A stretch of DNA of 64,000 bases from Neocallimastix sp. 'constans' (lineage: Eukaryota): positions 186,001 to 250,000 of the forward strand of contig JBODTK010000015.1 in assembly GCA_050613775.1 (NCBI GenBank), read 5' to 3'. The position numbers were made by a program, and so were the translations under genes. Of the stretch, positions 30,943 through 45,399 are shown one piece after another. The notes beneath the pieces are model-generated. The model worked only from the letters and a program-made list of their open reading frames with translations, had not been told where the DNA came from and ran no database searches. Each line of letters begins with the position of its first letter. Position 1 is the first letter of the stretch.

Positions 30943-33280
30943 ATAGAATTAAATATTATTAATAATGATGTATTTATATTTTTGAAGTAAATATTTAAAT
31001 ATTAAAAATATTTTTTTAATATATAAATATCTTTACAAATATCTGTTTAAATAAATAAATAATAAATAGTTGATAAATACTAAATAATAAAAAAAAATAA
31101 TATAAACAGTATAGTAATAATTGTAAAAAAGGATTGTTATTAATAATAATAATGACGATTAAAATTATAAATAATAATATAAATGTACTGAATATAAAAC
31201 ATTAAATAAATGTCCATCTTTCATTATTATAAACAATGAGAATCAAATCTTAGAATATGATGACTCACTAATCATCTTGAAAATAAATTTAAAACAGCTA
31301 AATCAATTGTAAAAAATAAAATAAAAGATGAAATTTCAAATAGTTCAATTCCTTTTAATGTAAATATAAAATGTAAATATGATGAAATTTCTCAAGGTAT
31401 GGGTCTTATATGTCCTGGATATAATTCAATTAAATCCCAAGTAACAAGAAGTAGAAGAAAGCAGATACCTCCTGATATAACAACATTCTATGAAATTCCC
31501 AATGAATCAAAATATTATAAAACAAAAAGGGATGAAAATTTTATGATATTCAAAAATAATGATTTAATTGTTTTTTAATCTCCATTCTAAGCAGAATTAT
31601 TTTCTAAAAATAAACATATTTTTGTTTACGCACATTTTATATTTCGCCTATATTTAGTTATCCAGTATTCATAACTAGAACCTATGTTACAGAATTAAAT
31701 TGTTTTTACACTACTTCCTTTTCTATATTAAAAGATAAAAAGCAAACAACTTATGAAATATTATTTGAAGAAATTAAAAAAAAAATCTAGTAAATATAAT
31801 AGTATTGAAATTATACCAAAAATATTTCAATGCGATTTTGAAAAAGCTATATCTATTGCTGCATAAAAAATTTTTATTAATGCAAATATTAAATATTGTA
31901 TATGGCATTTTAAAAGAGCATTAGAAATTAAAAAAAAAAAAAAAGAATTATGTAGTAATTAAGTTGAAAAAATAAAAGATTTATATATTCATTATAATAA
32001 TATTTCGAACTTTCCTTTTATTAATCATGAATATATATATGATATTTATAGTAAAATAAAAAGTGAGTGTCAAGAACATAATTATGTTCAATTTTTAGAA
32101 TTTTTAGAATATTTTAAGAAAACCTATTTAATTAGCTATGAAACTGAAAATTGGAATTATTATGATAATATTGAGCATATTTCAAATAATGTTTCAGAAA
32201 CTTTTAATAAATACTTAAAAAAAATATTTACAAAAAAAAAAAACTTTTTTTTCAATTATTTTCGGAATTACAAAAAGAAGAATTCAAATATTACATTGAT
32301 TACGAAATGAGAACTGCTGGAATTTTAAAAAATAAAAAACAAAAAAAAATTAATACAGTCAAAGGAAATCAAAGCTTTAGTTAAATATTACAAAAATAAT
32401 GGAAATTCTATTAAAAAAAAAGGAAAGTATTGGAAATGATTTCATTGAATTATGGTTGAAATGTTAAAATGGTTTAAATATTAAAATTATTGATTAAATA
32501 ATAAATTATTAAGAAATGACAGAAAATTGACCAAATAAATTCTATCATGTATAATAATAATTTTTTAATAGTAAAAATTATTTTATAAAGAGAATAAATA
32601 AATAAATAAAATAATGATTAAAGTATTTTTAATCTTTATTGAATTATGTTAGCTTAAGAACATTAAAATATATTTTTATGATAAAATATTATTATTTAAA
32701 AATATATTTTTATAATTAAAATATTGTTATTATAACATTATTTTTTACAAAATATTAAAATATATCTTTATAATTAAATATATTTTTATAATTAAATATT
32801 ACAAATAATTATTTTATTACTATTTTACAAAATAGTAATTAAAACATATCTTTATAATAAAATATAGTTTTATAATTAAATATCATAAATAATTATTTTA
32901 TTACTAAAATATTGTTATTATAATATTATTTTTTACAAAATATTAAAATATATCTTTATAATAAAATATAGTTTTATAATTAAATATTATTAATAATTAT
33001 TTTATTACTATTTTACAAAATATTAAAAAATATCTATAATTAATTATTAAATATAATAAAAATAAGTTTAAAAAAATTATTTTGAATTATTAAATATAAT
33101 AAAAACAAGTTTAAAAAAATTATTTTGAATTATTAAATATAATAAAAACAAGTTTAAAAAAATTATTTTGAATTATTAAATATTATAAAAACAAGTTTAA
33201 AAAAATTATTTTGAATGTTTATTTATTTATTCATTCATTTATTTATATCAATACGCCACTTGGCGAAATGCAACTTTCCT
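30805..33280 (+). mobile_element. Mutator-like (MULE) DNA transposon with TIRs and decayed transposase
   Basis: Ends CCAAGTTGCATTTCGCCAA (30817-30835) and TTGGCGAAATGCAACTTTCCT (33260-33280). Transposase remnants at ~31150-32500: CTEYK.LNKC, FYTTSFSIL, QCDFEKAIS, KYCIWHFKRA (CxxH), NWNYY, SNNVSETFN. Imperfect flanking duplication GATTAAAATA/GTTTAAAATG. Subterminal ~43-bp tandem repeats at 33043-33215. Confidence 0.85.
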
Positions 33281-33559
33281 GTTTAAAATGTTTGACAAAA
33301 TTTAAGATATTATTAATAAATTGTGTCTGATTAATTGAATATAGAAAAAATTTTTTTTCAATGCTAATTCTTAAATATAAATTGTAGCATTGCATTTTGA
33401 TATTTTAAATATTCTTTTTCATTTTTATTAAAATGCTATTAAAATACTTATTAATTCAAGTTATTAATAAATTGTCTATGTATATGTCAATTATCGTTGA
33501 TCTTTCCACTATCTTATTAAAAGTACAAGGTTTTAAAATTAATTAAATGAAGGTGTTAT

Positions 33560-34200
33560 TTTTAAGAAAGTTAGAAAAAAAAAAACAAATTCCACTGGCG
33601 GCTAAATTATTTAAATTTGTATAGGGCTTTATTAAGATGACAGTAATCTTTTCCAAAATATATTTCCAGGAGGTATACTTATGTATATTTCTTTATCAAG
33701 AGGAACATTTAGGTATGTAGTTTTTATATCAAGTTGCATCATGTTCCAATGAAATTTAGAAGCAATAACAATAATAAATTTTATACTGTCTAAATTTAAA
33801 GCAGGAGAAAAAGTTAATTCAAAATCTATACTCTTTTTCTGTTTGAACTCACAGGCTACAAGACGAGCTTTGTGTTTGTAAATATTTCCAAATTTATCTT
33901 TTTTTAATAGTAAATATCCATTTAATGGAAAAAGGAGTTTTTTTATCAGGAAAATATTTTATAAAAGTCATTGTTTTACTATCATAGAGATTATTAAGTT
34001 CATAGTTAATTGGTATTACTCAAAATTCTTTTGATTTGAAATTAATTGTTTGTCTATATGTAAGTGGAGTATTGGTAATAATGTTTTTAACAGAAGATTA
34101 AATATTGTCTAATGTTATCTTCTGGTTTTATATTCTTCAGAAAGTATAGGATTTCCTGATCATTTAATTGGTTCTTTAAACATAAACTTAAAAAAAATCT
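33560..34200 (-). mobile_element. Ty1/Copia reverse transcriptase fragment
   Basis: Minus strand gives KARLVACEFKQKKSIDFELTFSP...WNMMQLDIKTTYLNVPLDKEIYISIPPG...LNKALY. Confidence 0.85.
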
Positions 34201-34264
34201 TAATTTAATAGTTTTTCAATCTTTATTCCAAGGAAAACTATTTGTGTAATATAATAAAGATATA

Positions 34265-34608
34265 TAGACAAGTTATCGAGTATTTATAACAAGAAACTAT
34301 GTTCCAGAATTAAATAGGTTTTATACTACTTCTTTTTCTATATTAAAGAATAAGGAATAAGCTACTTATGAAGTATTGTTTAAAGAAATAAAGAATAAAT
34401 AAATTTAGTATTGTAATTTTACCAATTAATATACATTGTGATTTTGAATAAAAAAATATATATATCTAATGTCGCAAAATTTTTTTTTTAACTTAAATAT
34501 CAATTTTATGTTTGGCATTATAAAAGATCATTAGAAAAACAAATTAAAAAAAATAAATTAGGGTATCATGAAGTGGATAATAATATATGTTTAATATATA
34601 CTATAAAG
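34265..34608 (+). mobile_element. Additional MULE transposase fragment
   Basis: Nucleotide similarity to 31655-31930 (ACTACTTC.TTTTCTATATTAAAG.ATAA) and translation VWHYKRSLE. Confidence 0.7.
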
Positions 34609-35379
34609 TGTAACGGAAGGAGTTGACACGATAAGTCTAAACACTAGAAAGTGAAAAAGTAATATGTTTCATAAAAAAAATTTTATTAATATATTAAAAA
34701 AGTTAAAACAACAATTTTTAATTAATTAAAAGAAATAATATTTTAAATTACTTATAAATTAATTAATAAAATGGAGAAGAAAAATATTTTCAGTCGGGAA
34801 GTTCGTAATATTTATACTTTTTATCAGAAAAAACAATTTTAAAATACATTAATAATATTATAGAAGTACTTAGAAAGATATTAGCAATAATTAAAAATGT
34901 TAAATTTCTAGAAGTAGATTTTAATTGATTAAATATGAATCTAATAGAAAAAAGAATAAAATAAATTCAAAAATGAGAATTTCTATATTTATTTAAGTTA
35001 AATTAAAAACAGAAAAAATCTTTAATTTTTTTTAATAATTTATATACAGAAAGAATATTATAGAAGTTATTAATAATAATTAATAAAATAAATATTTTTG
35101 CAAAATGGATTGAGGTGGGCATCGAAGCCATGAAGCAATGGTCATGGCCAAGGTAACAAACCATTAAATTCTAATTCTTACTTTATTAATTGAATGAAAT
35201 ATAATAAAATTAAATCAATTTTAAGTAAAATTAATCATTCTAACCTAATACAAAACTAAATCCAATTATTAAATGATAACCAACAGTAAACTTAAAATAA
35301 AATAAAATTAAACTCTTCTACAAAATTTTACTATAAGGAAAAATATTAATAATAAAATAAATAATAGATAAAATAATGT

Positions 35380-36900
35380 GGATTACAATAAATTCAAAGT
35401 CTTTAGATGTCTAATTTTTTATTATGTATCAAAGCAATTTCCAAAAAAAAGCTCAATAATTCCACTTCTCAAGGTATTTTTATCGATTATGATGGCATAA
35501 ACCATACTGTTTATAGGATCTATGAATTTTATAAGAACAAAATCATTTTTGCCTACCTTGAAAAAAGATTCATTGAGAATCATATCAGCAACTGCAGCAA
35601 AATATAATTATGACATTTATCAAATGGATGTGAAAGAAGTATACCTAGATGCAAAACTTGAAGAGGAAATCTATATGAAAGCTCCCGAAGGAGATAAAAA
35701 TTACAAGAAATATTTCAAGAAATTAATGAAAACTTGATACGACTTAAAACAAGCAGGGCGTATGTGGAACACCACTCTGAATGATGTTCTAATTGAAATC
35801 GGATTTAAAAGGTCCAGAAGCGAACCTTGCTTATACGCAAAGTTTAATAAAAGAAGAAAAATTACTTGTATCCTAGCTGTTTATGTTGATGACATACTTA
35901 TAACAGGAACTGAAGAAGAAATCTCAAGAACAAGAGAAATTCAAGATCACAGATATTGGTGAAGCCAATTTTATTATTGAAGTAAATTTCGAAAAATGTA
36001 AAGATGATTATTTATCACATCCAAAGAAATACATCAAAGACATATTGAAAAGATTTAATATTGAAAAATACAAACCTTCATTAAATATGATTCCTGTAGA
36101 AAATGAAAGACTGAGAAAGAAGAAATTTAGTTCAACCAGATACAAAAAAGCAATTGGAAGTTTATTGTATCTTCTCACTATTTGTGCACTACTTGACATA
36201 TTATTCACTGTAAGAAAAGCATCCAGAAAATCACAAGATCCCACATATGAAGATTGGTTCAATGTTTTAAAAAATTTTCAGATACCTAAAAGATAAGTCA
36301 AATTATGGAATAAAATTCAAATTTAATAATAGTAAAAAAAGAACATGAAGTACACATTGATGCAAATTTCGGAGATGACTTAAATACGAGAAAATTAACC
36401 ACTGGTTACTCAATGCTAATGAGTGGAGAACCAACAAGTTGGTACTCAAAACTATAGAGATGTGTATCCCCTTCAACTGCAGAAAGTGAATACTATGTAT
36501 TAAATAAATGCATTAACCACTGTTGATGGTATAACAATGTATTTAAAGAATTAAACATTAATATTAATATCAAACCTATGGTGATCAATACATATCTATA
36601 CATATAACAAAGCAGCAATATATAATTGTAAGAATGAAATAATCAATCTGAAATCAAAGTATATAGCTATCAAATATCATCATATAAGAGATTTAGTTAG
36701 AAAAAAGAAGATAGACCTCAAGTATATAAAATCCCAAAACAACCTAGCAGACGGTTTTACTAAATATCTAAATAACACATTGATGATCAAATTTAAAAAT
36801 AACATAATGACAAAGTTTTAATAGAATATTAAACTTTAGGGGAAATGTTAAGAATAATAAGAGAAGTTTAATATTATTTAGTATAGTTATAAATTATTTT
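35380..36900 (+). mobile_element. Degraded Ty1/Copia pol (RT, RNase H), PPT and start of 3' LTR
   Basis: QMDVKEVYLDAKLEEEIYM, LKQAGRMWN, EPCLY, LAVYVDDILI, YKKAIGSLLYL, STAESEYY and NLADGFTK. Purine tract AGGGGAAA followed by TGTTAAG at 36846. Confidence 0.92.
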
Positions 36901-38483
36901 TATAATATATACATATATAATTTACATTATTAAAACTTGAAGAAAAGAACTGATGAAATCTATATTTAATTAAAAATTACAGAAATATAGAAAAAGTAAT
37001 AATTTGTAATGGTTGTAATAGAAATAATATCGTTGAATTTTGGTATTATTGTTTAATTGATTTAAATAATAATTTATTATAAATTAATAAGATTATGTAA
37101 TTAAAGTAATCTCAATAGAAATTATTTATAGTTATTTTTTATTGACTAAATCATCATTAAAATCATTCTATTTAGCAATGGTTCAAATATTATTAATATC
37201 AACAATTAAATAATATAGTTAAAATTTTAATAATACGGATATCAATACAATATAGTTAAAATTTTATTATTATCAATATCAACATCAATATAATATAATA
37301 TAGTAATAATTTTCTTAATATCAATAACAATATGATATATTTCAAAATTTAATGACATCAATATTAATGAATGTTATTAAAAAATATCATATTTAATATT
37401 TTTTATTTTTTATTTTAATAAAATTTTAATTGTTATTATTACATTAATATTTAAATAAGATTAAATATAAGAGTTATATATTAATTAAAAAATATTAAAC
37501 CAAATTATATATATATAAAAAAAGTAACTTTATAATATAAATTGTATTTATTATATTTATTTATTTTTGTATATAAAATGGGTTTTCAAATATATTAATT
37601 AAAAAACATTAAACCAAATTATATATATATAAAAAAAGTAACTTTATAATATAAATTGTATTTATTATATTTATTTATTTTTGTATATAATCTAGGTTTT
37701 CAAATATATAAACTTTTTTTATAATTTTATATTATTTGAATCTATAGGGATTATTGAAAGAGTTTTTATATTTAAACTTAATAATTATTATTTAATATAT
37801 AAATATTAATAAAATATTATTACAAAAAAGAATTTTATATATATAAATCAAAAGGAGCTGAACTTTTTCTAACTTCTTTAAATTTATGTTTTGCTATTGA
37901 TATTGATACGTCAAATTCTATTTTGAGATGATTATGTAAAATTTCATTTATAAATAATAAATTAGTATTATTTATTTATTTTATTTATTTATTTTAAATT
38001 TTTATTTATTTAATTACAATTATTTAAAAAAAAAAAAAATAAAAATGTGGGACGTTAAATTAAAATTAAAACTTATTTATTGGCCACATTTAGAAATGTA
38101 ACACAACACATTCGATTTTTTAATATAATTTGGATAGAATAAATTATTTTAGAATTTATTCTATTTTATTTTTTTAATTATTAGTTAATAATGATGTTTA
38201 TATATAATTAAAATTTTTTATATTTTAAATTAACTTGAATAATTAAATATATTTATTTGTTCGTTTCTTTATTTTTAACATTTATTTTATTATTTCTATT
38301 TTTTTTTTAATATTTATATCATTGTATTACCACTATAAAATTTATTATTCCATTTCAAAAAATCAAATAATTCTTAATCAATTTCCTTTAATAAATATAA
38401 AATATAATTAATATATTTAATAGTACTTAATTAAGTACTTTATTAAGAATTATTTGATTTTTTGAAATGGAGTAAGTATTAAT

Positions 38484-39805
38484 TTAAGGATTTATTATTA
38501 TATTTGTATGAGACTGATTTTTTATTATTGAAGACTTTGCATACTGTGAATTAGATGCTCTTGAATTTATTTTTTGATTACTACTATTCAAAACAACTAT
38601 TGCACTTGAACGGAAAGTTTTCATATATTCATGATCTTCATCAACTTTTTTATTATAAAGCCAAATTGGTCTTATAATGAAAAAGATGAAATGATTTGAA
38701 GTTGAAAGAACAGTATAAAATACTTCAAATAGAATAAATTTAGTAACATAATCATTAATATTTACAATATCCATTAAAATAATAAAAATTATACTGAGAA
38801 GTGTTGTATACAATGAAATTATTAAAAATCTTAAATCATTTTTTAAATGTTCATCATTTCGTTTAATATATGCTAAATATAATGTTGTGATAACAATTAA
38901 TGATTCAAATATCATTATGATATAAAAAAGCTATCACATTAATACCAACCACCGCTCTACATCTTTCATAATTTCTCCCACTTTTTGTCATTTTTTTACT
39001 AATAATAAAAGGATTCATTAATATTAACCAATATAATAAATTATCAATTAAAAGAACACATTCTAAAATAAAATAACTATTTCTCTTTATCTTTTCCCAT
39101 AGTTTATTTTTTAAATGAATTGATTTACTTAACATACAAATATATGGAACTATATTAAATGAAACACCAAAAGAAAAGAATAATATTCTTAAATGACATT
39201 TTATTACCGTGACAGATCCAAAACCAACATGACATGATCCTAACATAAGAAAAGTTCCAAAAATCGAAAATATCCAAAAATCAGGATATAAAATCCTATA
39301 ATATTTTCTAAAATTTGATTTTAATGGTAATACTAATGAATCTATCATAATTGCTACAATGAACAATAAAATAAATGCATAATATTTTCCTACTGTATCA
39401 GAAATTGTTATGGAATAAAATTTATTTAAATAATCAAATTCATTCAATGCTTCTCTTATGGGTGTATCTCCATATAAAAATTTATAGATGTAAGATCTAA
39501 ATTTTCTAGAGTATTCATCATATGAATATTCAGGAGGAAATTTTCTTGGTACAAATTGAATACTTTTCATAAATTCACAATCAACTACTTCACATATATC
39601 ATCATCATCATATAAACTTGGAATGGTTGAATACTCTAGAGTTTCCAAAGTAAAATTTTTTTTATATTTTTTTGATAAAATATGTTCTAATATTTTAATT
39701 GATTCATTTATTTTTTTTATTTTCTATATCACTACAAATTCCTATATTTTAATCACTTATTGTTTAACCAGAAATTCCTTTTTTAATTCCAGGTAAAATC
39801 GACAT
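38484..39805 (-). pseudogene. Solute-binding-protein/7TM receptor copy 4, 5'-truncated pseudogene (most of exon 5 only)
   Basis: Homology begins at MSILPGIKKG (39805) and exons 1-4 were not found upstream. In-frame TAA stops at ~39750 and ~39765, and a +1 homopolymer frameshift at 38924-38929 splitting ORFs 38905-39648 and 38484-38915. Confidence 0.85.
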
Positions 39806-41104
39806 TTTTTTTTTAAAAAAAAAAAAGGAAAAATAAAAAAAAAATATTTTTAAAAAAAAAGGATAAAATAAAAAAAAAGGATAAAATAAAAAAAAAGAAT
39901 AAAATAAAAAAAAAGGATAAAATAAAAATAAAAAAAATTAAAGTTTACTATAAAAAATTCAATTTATAAAATATATTTCCTAAATTTTCCATGGATATTT
40001 AAATATAAATATATAGTATTATTTTATAGGAATAAATATTACAATTATATTCATTAAAATAATTTATTTATATATATTTAATCATTAAGATTTATTATTA
40101 CCATAAAAAACAATTTAAAAATTTTTTCTTAATATAAAATTATAATCATATTAAAAATTCCTATAAGGACTTTAAAATAATAAATGTTTTCAATTTTGTA
40201 ATTATAGATAATTTAAAAAAAATTTATCATAATTGCAAAAATTTAAAATAAAAATAGAGATAACATAAGAAAATATAGTAAATAATTGAAAAAAAAAAAA
40301 AAAAATTGAAATTAAATATGGAATATAACAATGTACCTTTAATTTTTTTTTTTTATCAAATATTATTATAAAGATTTTTTGTTTCGTATTATTAATTATT
40401 CTTTGATTATTATTAAAATGATTATTATTAATATTTTTATTATTATTATTTGTATTATATAATTTTATAGTTTATGTTATTCTATAGATAATAATTTTCA
40501 TAAAGTAAACTTCTTGTAAAAAAAATTTTTTTTTTTATTACATATAAATTTGGTAATAATTTATTTATTATTATTTATTTCACATGAATATTAATGTAAT
40601 TTTAAGATATGGGTTTATTAAATATAGAAATTCTATTTAGAAATATGTATTAACATATTATTTTTTTTTTTTTTAAAAAAAAAAAAGATTATTTCAATAT
40701 AAAAATATAAAATTTATATAATTTTGTTAGTTCAAATTTTCAAAGAGGTAGTACATAAAATTTTTGTTACAGAGTTTGTTGCATTTTGTGAATATACTCT
40801 ATTTTGTTATTTTGTTAAATCATATGATTTCTTTAAGTTTTATTAGATTATGAGAATTCTTTATAGTAAATGGCGAATGAATACTACTCCTTTAAATATT
40901 TTTTAATTTTATTTTATTTTATTTCGTTTTATTTCATTTTATCATATTTATTTATTGAGGTTTATATATATATATTTTTTAAATATTCTTTGATTTGATA
41001 TATTTGATATTTATATATAATTTTGATAATTCATTAATAATTAAATGTATTATTAAAATTATACGAAACTGTTAATCTGTAAAATATAACACTTTAAAAA
41101 AATC

Positions 41105-41141
<37 letters not shown>

Positions 41142-41608
41142 ATAATCCTTTTTTTATATTTATTTTATGTTTTTTTTTTTTTTAATTTTATTTCCTTTTA
41201 AGAAAGATCTGTTCATTTAAGTATAGCTCTTTTTATATTATTTAAAATTACTATATTATTATAATCTAATATTATCAGTAATATTTTAAAGTTATAATTC
41301 ACTGAATACGACAAAAAGAAATAATATACATTCTAAATAAATAAATAATAAATCTATATAAGATTGTTTATTAAAATAAATTTATTATTTATAGAATATA
41401 AATAAGTGGTTAACAAAGATTTAAAGCACAAATAAATTTACATCTTTTTATATTTAATTACGGCTTGTTCTTGAGATATATTAATTTACATTTAATTTTA
41501 TTAAATTTAAGCTAGAATATAACTTTATATAAATAAAGTTAACAAAAAAAAAAAAAAAAAAAATAAAAAAATAAAAAAAAAATAATCTTATTTTTAAATT
41601 TAGATGTA

Positions 41609-41758
<150 letters not shown>

Positions 41759-41874
41759 CCTATTTTTAAACTTAGATGAATAAAAAAATAATAATCTTTT
41801 ATTTTAAACTTAGATGAGAAAAAAAAAATTAAAAAATTCATTTTTAATCTTTTTAATTATAATTATAATTTTTA

Positions 41875-41950
<76 letters not shown>

Positions 41951-42140
41951 GATTTTATTAAATTAATTAAAAGATATATAATTATAAAAATATTAATAAA
42001 TATTTTATATTTGTAATAGTAAGAAATGTTTAAATTAATTTATATTATTATCATTATCATTATTTATTATTATTATTATTATTAATATTATTAATATTAT
42101 TTTAAATTAATTTTCTTTTTAATTTTATTATTATTTTACA

Positions 42141-42255
42141 TTAATTGCTTTTTTTTTTTAATTTTTTATTAACATTGGTAAGTTTTATCATGTTGCTTTC
42201 ATCATTTCTTTTTCGACTTTTAAAATAATCATTAATTTGTCCTGTTTTTGTAAAG

Positions 42256-42322
<67 letters not shown>

Positions 42323-44264
42323 CATTATTAATAGTTTTATTATCATTATTATTATTATTTGTACTAACATATTTTATAATATTTTTATGGGAAGGATGAT
42401 ACTCTTTCACCACTCCCTTAGTAATGGCTTGAATTACACAGTCTAAAAATTTCTTTTTATTTGGTATTGAGATATTAAACATAGAATTATCTTTGGTATT
42501 CCAAAGAACACCTTTTTTCAATCCAAGAGCTTCCATATAACAAGCACACTGTAAAAAATGTTCATTCGCTAATTCGGATACAAATTTTAATTCATAGACT
42601 GTGTCATCTTTAATAACATCGCAATATCCTATAGCATGAATATTATCGGATTGACCATTTGGATAAGCAAATTCAATACTACACTTCTTTTGAACTTCTT
42701 CATCCGTATTGAATTGGGATAAGAGTCTATTTTTTATCAACATTTTTTGTACCTCTGAAACAAAAGGAACTTCTACTTGATTCTTATATCGTTCTTGTTT
42801 CGTTTCTAACATGGTTAAATATAAAATTTTTTCATCTAATGATGAAGATTGAAACTTTTCTATATATTGTTTTTCTACTTTTTCTTCTATTGATTTTATC
42901 AAGGATTGAATTTCACTATCACTCTTTTGTATATTTTCAAACTTATTTATTTCTTTTTGTATCATTTCCCAACTTAATTGAGACATGATCGCCTTATCAA
43001 TATTATATTTATCAAAAAATACAGCTTCCTGGTAATTTCCAATACACGGGGATAAATCAATCAGTCCATCATTGCTACTAATCGAAATGACAGAATTATC
43101 CACCCTTTCTACTTTTTTAATCTTAAGTTGCTCAAAACATTTTTTAATGTCCTCTCTATATTTAAAATCAAACATTGTTGACATTTCAAAAATACTAAAA
43201 TCATGTCTAGTTTTTACATAAGTTGAAAGAATTTGTTCTGTTAGAATTTTTCCAATATCTAAAAAAATAATTCTTTCTTTACCTCGACTGGCTGCCACAC
43301 AAAAAATATTTCTTATTATTTCGTAACGAGCATTCGGCATTTGAACTCGATTTTCCCAATAATCCTTGGTATAATCACATATAACACAAATTTTTTTCTC
43401 AAGCCCCTTACTACTATCAAAGGTAGTAAAAATTGCGGAATTACCATTTGGTTTCGTTGAACCAAGGGATTCACTATCTGATATCTTAGCATATACCGTA
43501 TTTTTATTAAATTTTTTTGGGAATTGCGATTCCAATCTATTTAAAAGAATGTCTCTACATCCTTTATTCTTTCCTAAACATAGAATATCTTTTGGGTTCT
43601 GTTTCGATAAAATTTTAATAACGTCATTTAATTTCAATTTTTCAACTATACAATTTTTATTTACTCCAGTAATTTTTTTATGCCAAATTCTTCCAAGTTT
43701 AGCGGCAAAATCCTGGGAAAGTCTAAAACATTTTGTAAATTCCAATTTCTCATAATCTCCTAAAAATTCCTTAATAAATGCAATGACATCTAAAGTGGTA
43801 TAGTCATAAATTTTTTGTTCCATATCTCCAACTGCAATAATTTGCATGGAGGGATTAAAAGATTTAATATATAAAAGTAATTCCGAAATTTCTTGTGATA
43901 TATCCTGATATTCATCTAAAATTAAAACATCATAGGGTACAATATTTGGTTTTAATTTTAAAAGCTCTTGTATTAAAACAGACTGAGCCACCGATTTTCC
44001 ATAATCTTTTAATACCATAAAGGAAAAACCATGATAATTTTGTACAAGAATATTCCTTTTCCTGATTTTATTTTGTGCATCAATTTTAAGTAGTTTATTA
44101 TAAGTAAGATATAAAATTTTTTTACTTGAATGGTATTTACCACAAAGTTTCTGAATAGTTGTGGTTTTTCCACTTCCTATACAGGCATCAACCAAAATAT
44201 TTTTTCCAGTTAACGCTTCTTTAATAAATGTGTCTTGTTCTTCTGTTAATTTTATTCTAGACAT
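42141..44264 (-). CDS. Superfamily 1 (UvrD-like) helicase fused to a C-terminal PD-(D/E)xK RecB-type nuclease, 707 aa, intronless
   Basis: Q motif LTEEQ, Walker A ACIGSGKTT, Ia LTYNK, Walker B LILDEYQD, III VGDMEQKIY, IV CFRL, V TFDSSKGLE, VI FCVAASRGKE. Nuclease motifs GYCD...VYELK...HFLQCACY. Confidence 0.88.
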
Positions 44265-44497
44265 GAGTCCACTGAAATTAAATTTAATTTATATATATTA
44301 AAAGAAAAAATAATAATTTAATTTATATATAAAGAAAATAATAATAATAATAATAATAATAATTTCAAAAGTAGAATTACATGTTTACTTAAATTTATAA
44401 TTACATTCATTAAAATTTATATATATATATATATTTATTGCTATTGCTCTTATTAAATTTTAGTGAATACAAAAGATATTTATTAAAATTGATAATA

Positions 44498-44545
<48 letters not shown>

Positions 44546-45399
44546 CTAAATCTATTTCATAATTGTACAAAGATTTTTAATTCAACTTATATATATTATA
44601 TTTAAATATTTTAATTAAATTATTCTTTTATACAATAATAATAATAAAGATAATAAATAAAGAAAACATTATTAATTAAAATATACGTTTATAAAAATAA
44701 AAGAAAAAAGTAAAATAGAAAAGAAATTTAATAATATTATATACTATACCTTTAAAAAAAATAAATACTAAAATTAATTGAAATTCATATATTTAATTAA
44801 AAAAAAATTTTTTTATTTTATATATTATTACTTAAATTTAAAAAGAAATATAGTATAAAAAAGATTATGAATTTTTTTTTTTGGTTATTAAAAAATCATC
44901 TTTAATACATAAATAAGATATTAGAATACTTTTTATAAGAAAAAAAGACATAATATATATAAAAATAAAAATATATATATATAATATTTTTTAATATAAG
45001 TTTATTATTTATTAAAAATAAATAAAAGATATATAAAGGAAAAAAATATAAATTAAAAAATATGAGCTATTTATATAAATCTATGTAAATCATGGATTAT
45101 TCTATGTAGAACACAAAAGAATATTGTGGAAAATACATGATTATATAATTATCAACATTGTGGCTATTATTTGTCTTATTATTTATTAATTCATCGTATG
45201 AAAATATATCTTGTAAATTTATTATTAAAACATAATATAAATTAATGATAAATATAATATAATTACTAATACATAAATTAAATAACTTTATTATATTTAT
45301 AAAGAGTTAACAGTCCTTTTCAAATTAAATTATTTATTTTATAAAGATTTTACTTGTAAAATTTGCTATTTAGTTTTCATGAAGATTTTTAATGAGTTG

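Noticed and set aside
35105..35170. tRNA-like fragment on the minus strand (GGCTTCGATGCCCACC)
   Set aside because: No consistent cloverleaf could be folded, and it lies within TE debris.
38924..38929. Programmed frameshift in receptor copy 4
   Set aside because: One extra base in a homopolymer of a gene that is already truncated and contains stops; mutation or sequencing error is simpler.
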